DNA of 64,000 nt from NCBI GenBank assembly GCA_002269645.1, contig NIVC01002487.1, positions 62,001 to 126,000 of the forward strand, given 5' to 3'. The position numbers and the translations under genes were made by a program. This DNA comes from Macrostomum lignano (lineage: Eukaryota). Positions 23,058 through 35,000 of the stretch are shown here, piece after piece (the first letter of the stretch is position 1; every line of letters starts with the position of its first letter). The notes under the pieces were generated by a model. The model was not told the DNA's origin and ran no database searches. It saw nothing but the letters and a program-made list of their open reading frames with translations.

Positions 23058-26000
23058 TCAGACTCCGCGAAAGAACTCGTCGAGCATTCGCTCCACATCG
23101 TCCTTGGTGAACTTGATGTACTTGTCCTTCTTGGACGTGAACGGTACGTTGGCATACTTGTCCCGAAACATGACGTACCGATCTAATAGGAAAGCTTTGT
23201 TCTCGCGAATGAGATCCTGTCGGAGTTCGGGATCGGGCACCGAGTAATTGACCTGGGTCTTGTGGACCGCTTGGAATTCTTCGTTGAAGCTCTGCGCGAA
23301 TTTATTTGATTTAAATAGACTAGTTATGCTACTTAAAGTAGTGCAAATTAAACGAAGAAATTGTACAAATTGATAGGAAATTTACCTTGAACTTCTCTTT
23401 AATCAGAGCCTTATCCTTTTCGGATAGCTAAAATTATTAAAGAAAATATTCTTTGATTATTAACTATGTTAATAAAAACTTATTTATTTAAAGCAGTAGA
23501 ATCACTTTTCAAAAAATCGACTCAATGAAATTTTTTAATTAAAATGTGTATCAAAAATGCTAGGGCAATGTAAATATAGGCGATTGGATGAAAAATGCTG
23601 TGGTACAACTTAATTAAGACGATTTTAAATACTCATCTGATTCCATATGGGATTTCATAGCTTCTCTGAGCCCTCACTGTCTAACCCAGCCCAGCCCTCA
23701 CTGTCTAACCTAGCCCAGCCCTCACTGTCTAACCCAGCCCAGCCCTCACTGTCTAACCTAGCCCAGCCCTCACTGTCTATCCCTGCCCAGCCCTCACTGT
23801 CTAACCCTGCCCAGCCCTCACTGTCTAACCTAGCCCAGCCCTCACTGTCTAACCCAGCCCAGCCCTCACTGTCTAACCTAGCCCAGCCCTCACTGTCTAT
23901 CCCTGCCCAGCCCTCACTGTCTATCCCTGCCCAGCCCTCACTGTCTATCCCTGCCCAGCCCTCACTGTCTATCCCTGCCCAGCCCTCACTGTCTATCCCT
24001 GCCCAGCCCTCACTGTCTAACCCAGCCCAGCCCTCACTGTCTATCCCTGCCCAGCCCTCACTGTCTATCCCTGCCCAGCCCTCACTGTCTATCCCTGCCC
24101 AGCCCTCACTGTCTAACCCAGCCCAGCCCTCACTGTCTATCCCTGCCCAGCCTTCACTGTCTATCCCAGCGCAGCCCTCACTGTCTATCCCAGCCCAGCC
24201 CTCACTGTCTTTCCGAGCCCAGCTCTCACTGTCGATCCCAGCCCAGCCCTCACTGTCTATCCCAGCGCAGCCCTCACTGTCTATCCGAGCCCAGCTCTCA
24301 CTGTCGATCCCAGCCCAGCCCTCACTGTCTATCCCAGCGCAGCCCTCACTGTCTATCCGAGCCCAGCTCTCACTGTCGATCCCAGCACAGCCCTCACTGT
24401 CTTTCCCAGCGCAGCTCTCACTGTCTATCCCTGCATACTCCTCCCCCTCTATCCCTACCTCTATCCTATATGCCACAGTAAAGTGCATAGATACAATGGG
24501 AGATGCCAGATCAAATGGTAATCAACGTCAATCTACGGGCGTACAAATAATTGAAGACAGACCTAATAGACTTTAGATCAGTACTAGGCAGGCATATAAA
24601 GGCACAATAAAATTGAATAACAACTGGTGCAGAAATCCTGTAAAGGGTGGTAGAAACATTGATCATAATGTACTTTTCCCGGCATTTCGGATGCCATTCG
24701 CTGCTGACTTAGCGGCTTGTTCTTCTCCATCACGATTTCAAGCACACGAGCCCAGCTAAATTTGGCAGGAGAGGAAGAAAAGAGTGGGGTTTGAAATAAA
24801 CAAGCTTTGTTATTACTTTTAGTAGACAATAGGCAAAGTAGTAGTTGAAAACAAGAAATAACATCAACCAATATTTCAGTACAAATCATTAACACTCAAA
24901 TTTTTGTATTAAAAACGGATTAGTAACTAAAACAGTTGAAGATACATTCTATGCACAATAAATATTACTGTTTGTGACAAGTTCAGAATGCTTTGTTAAA
25001 ATGTTATTCATTGCAAAATTCGATTTAAATGTCTGCTTCAAAGTTATCTATGCTTTAAACAACTCCATTAACCATTAAGCTTCTCTAGTGTTAATTGGTG
25101 CTCACGGAAGGGGTACCGGTTGTGGGTCGAATAACGTACACGGGAAAAGGGTGGCGGGTTCAATAAAGTACACGGGGATGAGGGTGGCGGGTTCATTAAA
25201 GTACAAGGAGAATAGGGTGGTGGGTTCAATAAAGAACACGAGGAAGAGGGTGGTGGGTTCATTAAAGTACACGGGAAAAGGGTGGCGGGTTCAATAAAGT
25301 ACACGGGGATGAGGGTGGCGGGTTCACTAAAGTACACGGGAAAAGGGTGGCGGGTTCACTAAAGTACACGGGAAAAGGGTGGCGGGTTCACTAAAGTACA
25401 CGGGGATGAGGGTGGCGGGTTCATTAAAGTACAAGGAGAATAGGGTGGTGGGTTCATTAAAGTACACGGGAAAAGGGTGGCGGGTTCACTAAAGTACACG
25501 GGGATGAGGGTGGCGGGTTCACTAAAGTACACGGGAAAAGGGTGGCGGGTTCACTAAAGTACACGGGGATGAGGGTGGCGGGTTCACTAAAGTACACGGG
25601 AAAAGGGTGGCGGGTTCACTAAAGTACACGGGGATGAGGGTGGCGGGTTCACTAAAGTACACGGGAAAAGGGTGGCGGGTTCACTAAAGTACACGGGAAA
25701 AGGGTGGCGGGTTCACTAAAGTACACGGGAAAAGGGTGGCGGGTTCACTAAAGTACACGGGGATGAGGGTGGCGGGTTCATTAAAGTACAAGGAGAATAG
25801 GGTGGTGGGTTCAATAAAGAACACGAGGAAGAGGGTGGTGGGTTCAATAAAGAACACGAGGAAGAGGGTGGTGGGTTCATTAAAGTACACGGATAATAGG
25901 GTGGTGGGTTCACTAAAGTACACGGGGAAGAGGGTGACGGTCTCACTAAATTACACGGGGAAGAAGTGGTGGATTCATTAAAGTACACGGGGAAGAGGGC

Positions 26001-29000
26001 GCGGGCTCACTAAAGTACACGGGGAAGAAGGTGGTGGGTTCATTAAAGTACACGGATAATAGGGTGGTGGGTTCACTAAAGTACACGGGGAAGAGGGTGA
26101 CGGTCTCACTAAATTACACGGGGAAGAAGTGGTGGATTCATTAAAGTACACGGGGAAGAGGGCGCGGGCTCACTAAAGTACACGGGGAAGAAGGTGGTGG
26201 ATTCATTAAAGTACACGGGGAAGAGGGCGCGGGCTTACTAAAGTACACGGGGATTCGTGTAAATTATGCGTCGGTAAAAGTGGCGGTCAATATTAAAAGC
26301 AATCACATCATAAAGAAGCAGAAAAAACTATTTTAAAAAAGCAACACATTAAAGAAAACAAATAATTAATCAAACCAAATGCACAAGCAAAATAAAAGTA
26401 CAAATGCGCTGCCTTTCCAAAGCGATATTATATAGTTACTGAGCTAATACTAAATAAATAAAAAAACAGCTTATTGACTGGCAGCGGCAAACCTTGACAA
26501 CAACACTGGCATGCTTTGAATTGGCGCCGACGCCGAAGCGCCTAGAATGCCCGTCACTATGCCCGCTACTACTGTTACCGACCGTTGGTTGGGCGGCGGA
26601 CGCCGCTGCCGCCGCTGCAACACTCGCAACCTCCCCGCCAAGCTCAAGGGCTGCTGCGCATTTCTGCAATCTGCCAGGTATGTCACGGTATTGGAGACCC
26701 GATGCTTAGACTGGGTGGGGTGGATGCTTAGACTGGGTGGGGTGGATGCTTAGACTGGGTGGGGTAGATGCTTAGACTGGGTGGGGTAGATGCTTAGACT
26801 GGGTGGGGTGGATGCTTAGACTGGGTGGGGTGGATGCTTAGACTGGGTGGGGTGGATGCTTAGACTGGGTGGGGTAGATGCTTAGACTGGGTGGGGTGGA
26901 TGCTTAGACTGGGTGGGGTGGATGCTTAGACTGGGTGGGGTAGATGCTTAGACTGGGTGGGGTGGATGCTTAGACTGGGTGGGGTAGATGCTTAGACTGG
27001 GTGGGGTGGATGCTTAGACTGGGTGGGGTAGATGCTTAGACTGGGTGGGGTAGATGCTTAGACTGGGTGGGGTAGATGCTTAGACTGGGTGGGGTAGATG
27101 CTTAGACTGGGTGGGGTGGATGCTAAGACTGGGTGGGGTAGATGCTTAGACTGGGTGGGGTAGATGCTTAGACTGGGTGGGGTGGATGCTTAGACTGGGT
27201 GGGGTGGATGCTTAGACTGGGTGGGGTAGATGCTTAGAGTGGGTGGGGTAGATGCTTAGAGTGGGTGGGGTAGATGCTTAGAGTGGGTGGGGTAGATGCT
27301 TAGACTGGGTGGGGTAGATTCTTAGACTGGGTGGGGTAGATGCTTAGACTGGGTGGGGTGGATGCTTAGAGTGGGTGGGTTAGATGCTTAGACTGGGTGG
27401 GGTGGATGCTTAGACTGGGTGGGGTGGATGCTTAGACTGGGTGGGGTAGATGCTTAGACTGGGTGGGGTAGATGCTTAGACTGGGTGGGGTAGATGCTTA
27501 GACTGGGTGGGGTAGATGCTTAGACTGGGTGGGGTAGATGCTTAGACTGGGTGGGGTAGATGCTTAGAGTGGGTGGGTTAGATGCTTAGAGTGGGTGGGG
27601 TAGATTCTTAGACTGGGTGGGGTAGATGCTTAGACTGGGTGGGGTGGATGCTTAGACTGGGTGGGGTGGATGCTAAGACTGGGTGGGGTAGATGCTTAGA
27701 CTGGGTGGGGTAGATGCTTAGACTGGGTGGGGTAGATGCTTAGACTGGGTGGGGTAGATGCTTAGAGTGGGTGGGTTAGATGCTTAGACTGGGTGGGGTA
27801 GATGCTTAGACTGGGTGGGGTGGATGCTTAGACTGGGTGGGGTGGATGCTTAGAGTGGGTGGGTTAGATGCTTAGACTGGGTGGGGTGGATGCTTAGACT
27901 GGGTGGGGTGGATGCTTAGACTGAGTGGGGTTGATGCTTAGACTGGGTGGGGTGGATGCTTAGACTGGGTGGGGTGGATGCTTAGACTGGGTGGGGTGGA
28001 TGCTTAGACTGGGTGGGGTCGATGCTTAGACTGGGTGGGGTGGATACTGAGTGACTGGGTTGAGTGGATACTGAGTGACTGGGTTGAGTGGATACTGAGT
28101 GACTGGGTTGAGTGGATACTGATTGACTGGGTTGAGTGGATACTGATTGACTGGGTTGAGTGGATACTGAGTGACTGGGTTGAGTGGATACTGAGTGACT
28201 GGGTTGAGTGGATACTGAGTGACTGGGTTGAGTGGATACTGAGTGACTGGGTTGAGTGGATACTGAGTGACTGGGTTGAGTGGATACTGAGTGACTGGGT
28301 TGAGTGGATACTGAGTGACTGGGTTGAGTGGATACTGAGTGACTGGGTTGAGTGGATACTGAGTGACAAGTTTACTTTTTTTAACTCAAAAATTAAAATG
28401 CATTTAAAATAGTTGCACCTGTACAAAAATAAGGTGTAGCACACAGTACTGAAAAAATAATTGCAGCAATTAACACGTGACATGTAACCAAAGCCACTTT
28501 AGATTATTTTCAACTCACCCTCTGTTTAAATAGCTCTGCCGATTTTTATTTTGATGCTCTTCAAAGAATTTGATAGCCTCGTAATTGTACGCTTGCACGG
28601 TGGCCGTCATCTTGTCCCTGCATTAAATTTGAGGTATTTTTATATACTACTCACTTAATAAGTAGACTAAGAATTTTAATGTGTTTTTTAAGTTGTAAAT
28701 AAAAATTTTGGGGCTTGTGTTTACGAAAGGTGACCCAGGAGGTTGTGTTGTGTAGTTTACAGCCGAGGGCCAACCCCTAAAGCACGGAGAGTGTACATGC
28801 TTGAAGAATAGAAAGTCAACAAAGGGCCGCTGTACACTGTGTGTGAGCGTGTGTTTGAGTACGTGCCTGCGTACAATATTGGCGCGCTTGTATGTTGCTC
28901 AGGAGTCAGCGGCTTGGCCAGAATTGCTTTGATGTCATATTGAAATAATACTTATTATTGTTAAGCCACGAATTTGGGTTTAATAAGACCAATGAAAACC

Positions 29001-32000
29001 AAAAACATGTCTCGAGCTCACCTCTCCAGTCGGTTCTGAACGTATCGATAATTATTGAGCAGGAAAATGGCCCGCAGAGCCGGATCTGAGTAGTGCTCAG
29101 CCCGGCTGTCCAGAGTCCGCAACAGATTAGCCAATGTCTGGCTGAGATAGGCGCCAAGCACCTTGTCTTTCTCCTTCTGTTGCTGCTGCTGCTGCTGCTG
29201 CCGGCCGCCATGCTGCTGCTGCTGCCGGCCTAAGATAACTTCTCTAGCCAAGATCTCGTGAGCCGTATCGCCGAAATCGTGCAACTGTTGCAGAAACTTC
29301 AGCACCTTCAGCGTCAGCTCGTGCACCGTGCCGTCTGGCGGCAGGGACCGGCCGCCCGCGACTTCAGCTAGAACGCCTAGATCGCTGGCGCCGCCGCTGC
29401 CGCCACCGACAATGCCGCCACCGGGACCGGCGCTTCCGCCACCGCCGCCGCTTCCACTGCCGCCACCTGCGCCGCCGCCATCTTTCACAATCTCGTCGCG
29501 GAAATCTTCTAGACTACTACGAGCTTGAGTTTGCATGTCCTTAGCCAGGTCTTCTAGGCCGGCTTTGAAGGCTGGCGGACAGCTAGCAGCGGACAGGTCT
29601 GGTCGGAGATGACGCAAACGGTCCAGTACGGCAACAAGACGGAGCAGCGATTCGGGGTCTTGCTTGAATTCGCGGCGTACGCTGGCTTCGAAGGACTGCC
29701 GATAAGAGAGGAAGGGGTGTGCGTTCTGTTGGAGCTGTTGCTATAGAATTGTAGTCCGAAATTGCAAACCGAGCGACTTTTAAATGTTTCTATGGCAACT
29801 GACTGTCCCAATCTGACTGTGAGTGACAATTGATACCAGTGACATTTGACTGTCAGTGACAATTGACTGCCAGTGACGTTTGACTGTCAGTGACAATTGA
29901 CTGCCAGTGACATTTGACTGTCAGTGACAATTGACTGCCAGTGACGTTTGACTGTCAGTGACAATTGACTGCCAGTGACGTTTGACTGTCAGTGACAATT
30001 GACTGCCAGTGACGTTTGACTGTCAGTGACAATTGACTGCCAGTGACGTTTGACTGTCAGTGACAATTGACTGCCAGTGACGTTTGACTGTCAGTGACAA
30101 TTGACTGCCAGTGACGTTTGACTGTCAGTGACAATTGACTGCCAGTGACGTTTGACTGTCAGTGACAATTGACTGCCAGTGACGTTTGACTGTTAGTGAC
30201 AATTGACTGCCAGTGACGTTTGACTGTCAGTGACAATTGACTGCCAAAGACAATTGACTGTCAGTGACATTTGATACCAGTGACAATTGATACCAGTGAC
30301 AATTGATACCAGTGACAATTGATACCAGTGACAATTGATACCAGTGACAATTGACTGCCAGAAGCAGGGGACGGAGCTGCGTAGGCCCTGAAGAATCAAA
30401 TGACAGGGATGCGCAGGCTCTAAAGAATCAGAGGCTCTGAAGAATCAAAGGACGGGGCTGCGCAGGCTCTGAAGAATCAGAGGCTCTGAAGAATCAGAGG
30501 ACGGGGCTGCGCAGGCTCTGAAGAATCAGAGGACGGGGCTGCGCAGGCTCTGAAGAATCAGAGGACGGGGCTGCGCAGGCTCTGAAGAATCAGAGGACGG
30601 GGCTGCGCAGGCTCTGAAGAATCAGAGGACGGGGCTGCGCAGGCTCTGAAGAATCAGAGGACGGGGCTGCGCAGGCTCTGAAGAATCAGAGGCTCTGAAG
30701 AATCAAATGACGGGGCTGCGCAGGCTCTGAAGAATCAGAGGACGGGGCTGCGCAGGCTCTGAAGAATCAGAGGACGGGGCTGCGCAGGCTCTGAAGAATC
30801 AGAGGACGGGGCTGCGCAGGCTCTGAAGAATCAGAGGACGGGGCTGCGCAGGCTCTGAAGAATCAGAGGAGGGGGCTGCGCAGGCTCTGAAGAATCAGAG
30901 GACGGGGCTGCGCAGGCTCTGAAGAATCAGAGGACGGGGCTGCGCAGGCTCTGAAGAATCAGAGGACGGGGCTGCGCAGGCTCTGAAGAATCAGAGGACG
31001 GGGCTGCGCAGGCTCTGAAGAATCAGAGGACGGGGCTGCGCAGGCTCTGAAGAATCAGAGGAGGGGGCTGCGCAGGCTCTGAAGAATCAGAGGACGGGGC
31101 TGCGCAGGCTCTGAAGAATCAGAGGACGGGGCTGCGCAGGCTCTGAAGAATCAGAGGAGGGGGCTGCGCAGGCTCTGAAGAATCAGAGGAGGGGGCTGCG
31201 CAGGCTCTGAAGAATCAAATGACAGGGCTGCGCAGGCTCTGAAGAATCAGAGGCTCTGAAGAATCAGAGGACGGGGCTGCGCAGGCCCTGAAGAAAGTTG
31301 CTGTAAAGTACGGACAAAACAAAGAAGCAATTTATCCCAGAACCGAAGCACTTACGTGAACATCCTCAAACATATTCTCCTTGGCCTTAGCAACTATTTG
31401 ATCAACTAACTGTTGAGGCCGATCAAATTTAAAGCCAAACAATGGCAGTGTTAGCGATTCGAGCTGTGAGAATATTTCGGTTGCAAAATAATGAATAGCG
31501 GATAAAAGTTTACATACAGAAAATTAAAATTATGTTTGAAAAAGATATTTCTCGGACAAACGCACCATTGCCATACGGAGAAACGCGGTTAACATGGCGT
31601 TGACATCGTCTGCGTCTAAATCCGATTGGTCTACGGAGTCAAATAGAGCCGGCTGTTGGGTAAGAGCTGTTGGCCTCGATTTCCTGAGCGCGAGGGGTAG
31701 AGCGGCTTAGAATAGGGTGCTGAGATTATCGAGGGGTAGAGCGGCTTAGAATAGGGCGCTGAGATTATCGAGGGGTAGAGCGGCTTAGAATAGGGTGCTG
31801 AGATTATCGAGGGGTAGAGCGGCTTAGAATAGGGTGCTGAGATTATCGAGGGTAGAGCGGCTTAGAATAGGGTGCTGAGATTATCAAGGGGTAGAGCGGC
31901 TTAGAATAGGGTGCTGAGATTATCGAGGGGTAGAGCGGCTTAGAATAGGGTGCTGAGATTATCGAGGGGTAGAGCGGCTTGAAATAAGGTGCTGGGGTTA

Positions 32001-35000
32001 GGGTGGGGGTAGGAGGGGAACTGAAGTGGCTTGGAATCGGGATAGAGTGGCTTGGAATCGGGATAGAGTGGCTTGGACTCAAGATAGAGTGGCTTGGAAT
32101 GATGATAGAGTGGCTTGGAATGATGATTGAGTGGCTTGGAATGATGATAGAGTGGCTTGGAATGATGATAGAGTGGCTTGGAATGATGATTGAGTGGCTT
32201 GGAATGATGATAGAGTGGCTTGGGATGATGATAAAGTGGCTTGGAATGATGATAGAGTGGAATGATGATAGAGAGGCTTGGAATGATGATAGAGTGGCTT
32301 GGACTCGGGATAGAGTGGCTTGGAATGATGATAGAGTGGCTTGGAATGATGATTGAGTGGCTTGGAATGATGATAGAGTGGCTTGGAATGATGATAGAGT
32401 GGCTTGGAATGATGATTGAGTGGCTTGGAATGATGATAGAGTGGCTTGGAATGATGATAAAGTGGCTTGGAATGATGATAGAGTGGAATGATGATAGAGA
32501 GGCTTGGAATGATGATAGAGCGGCTTGGAATGGTGATAGAGTGGCTTGGAATGATGATAGAGTGGCTCGGCTTGGAATGATGATAGAGTGGCTCGGAATG
32601 ATGATAGAGTGGCTTGGAATGATGATAGAGTGGCTTGGACTCGGGATAGAGTGGCTTGGAATGATGATAGAGTGGCTTGGAATGATGATAGAGTGGCTTG
32701 GAATGATGATTGAGTGGCTTGGAATGATGATAAAGTGGCTCGGAATGATGATAGAGTGCAATGATGATAGAGTGGAATGATGATAGAGAGGCTTGGAATG
32801 ATGATAGAGTGGCTTGGAATGGTGATAGAGTGGCTTGGAATGATGATAGAGTGGCTCGGCTTGGAATGATGATAGAGTGGCTCGGAATGATGATAGAGTG
32901 GCTTGGAATGATGATAGAGTGGCTTGGAATGATGATAGAGTGGAATGATGATAGAGAGGCTTGGAATGATGGTAGAGTGGCTTGGAATGATGATAGAGTG
33001 GCTCGGAATGATGATAGAGTGGCTTGGAATGATGATAGAGTGGCTCGGAATGATGATTGAGTGGCTTGGAATGATGATTGAGTGGCTTGGAATGATGATT
33101 GAGTGGCTCGGAATGATGATAGAGTGGCTCGGAATGATAATAGAGTGGCTTGGAATGATGATTGAGTGGCTTGGAATGATGATAGAGTGGCTTGGAATGA
33201 TGATAGAGTGGAATGATGATAGAGAGGCTTGGAATGATGATAGAGTGGCTTGGAATGATGATAGAGAGGCTTGGAATGATGATAGAGTGGCTCAGAATGA
33301 TAATAGAGTGGCTTGGAATGATGATAGAGTGGCTCGGAATGGGAATAGAGTGGCTTGGAATGATGATAGAGTGGCTCGGAATGATGATAGAGTGGCTTGG
33401 AATGATGATAGAGTGGAATGATGATAGAGAGGCTTGGAATGATGATAGAGCGGCTTGGAATGGTGATAGAGTGGCTTGGAATGATGATAGAGTGGCTCGG
33501 CTTGGAATGATGATAGAGTGGCTCGGAATGATGATAGAGTGGCTTGGAATGATGATAGAGTGGCTTGGACTCGGGATAGAGTGGCTTGGAATGATGATAG
33601 AGTGGCTTGGAATGATGATAGAGTGGCTTGGAATGATGATTGAGTGGCTTGGAATGATGATAAAGTGGCTCGGAATGATGATAGAGTGCAATGATGATAG
33701 AGTGGAATGATGATAGAGAGGCTTGGAATGATGATAGAGTGGCTTGGAATGGTGATAGAGTGGCTTGGAATGATGATAGAGTGGCTCGGCTTGGAATGAT
33801 GATAGAGTGGCTCGGAATGATGATAGAGTGGCTTGGAATGATGATAGAGTGGCTTGGAATGATGATAGAGTGGAATGATGATAGAGAGGCTTGGAATGAT
33901 GGTAGAGTGGCTTGGAATGATGATAGAGTGGCTCGGAATGATGATAGAGTGGCTTGGAATGATGATAGAGTGGCTCGGAATGATGATAGAGTGGCTTGGA
34001 ATGATGATTGAGTGGCTTGGAATGATGATTGAGTGGCTCGGAATGATGATAGAGTGGCTCGGAATGATAATAGAGTGGCTTGGAATGATGATTGAGTGGC
34101 TTGGAATGATGATAGAGTGGCTTGGAATGATGATAGAGTGGAATGATGATAGAGAGGCTTGGAATGATGATAGAGTGGCTTGGAATGATGATAGAGAGGC
34201 TTGGAATGATGATAGAGTGGCTCAGAATGATAATAGAGTGGCTTGGAATGATGATAGAGTGGCTCGGAATGGGAATAGAGTGGCTTGGAATGATGATAGA
34301 GTGGCTCGGAATGATGATAGAGTGGCTTGGAATGATGATAGAGTGGCTTGGAATGATGATTGAGTGGCTTGGAATGATGATAGAGTGGCTTGGCATGATG
34401 ATAGAGTGGCTCGGAATGATGATAGAGTGGAATGATGATAGAGAGGCTTGGAATGATGATAGAGTGGCTTGGAATGATGATAGAGTGGAATGATGATAGA
34501 GAGGCTTGAAATTATGATAGAGTGGCTCAGAATGATGATTGAGTGGCTCGGAATGATGATAGAGTGGCTTGGAATGATGATAGAGTGGCTCGGAATGATA
34601 ATAGAGTGGCTTGGAATGATGATTGAGTGGCTTGGAATGATGATAGAGTGGCTTGGAATGATGATAGAGTGGAATGATGATAGAGTGGAATGATGATAGA
34701 GTGGCTTGGAATGATGATAGAGTGGCTTGGAATGATGATAGAGTGGCTCGGAATGATGATAGAGTGGAATGATGATAGAGTGGCTCGGAATGGGAATAGA
34801 GTGGCTTGGAATGATGATAGAGTGGCTCGGAATGATGATAGAGTGGCTTGGAATGATGATAGAGTGGCTCGGAATGATGATAGAGAGGCTTGGAATGATG
34901 ATAGAGTGGCTTGGAATGATGATAGAGTGGAATGATGATAGAGAGGCTTGAAATGATGATAGAGTGGCTTGGAATGATGATAGAGAGGCTTGGAATGATG

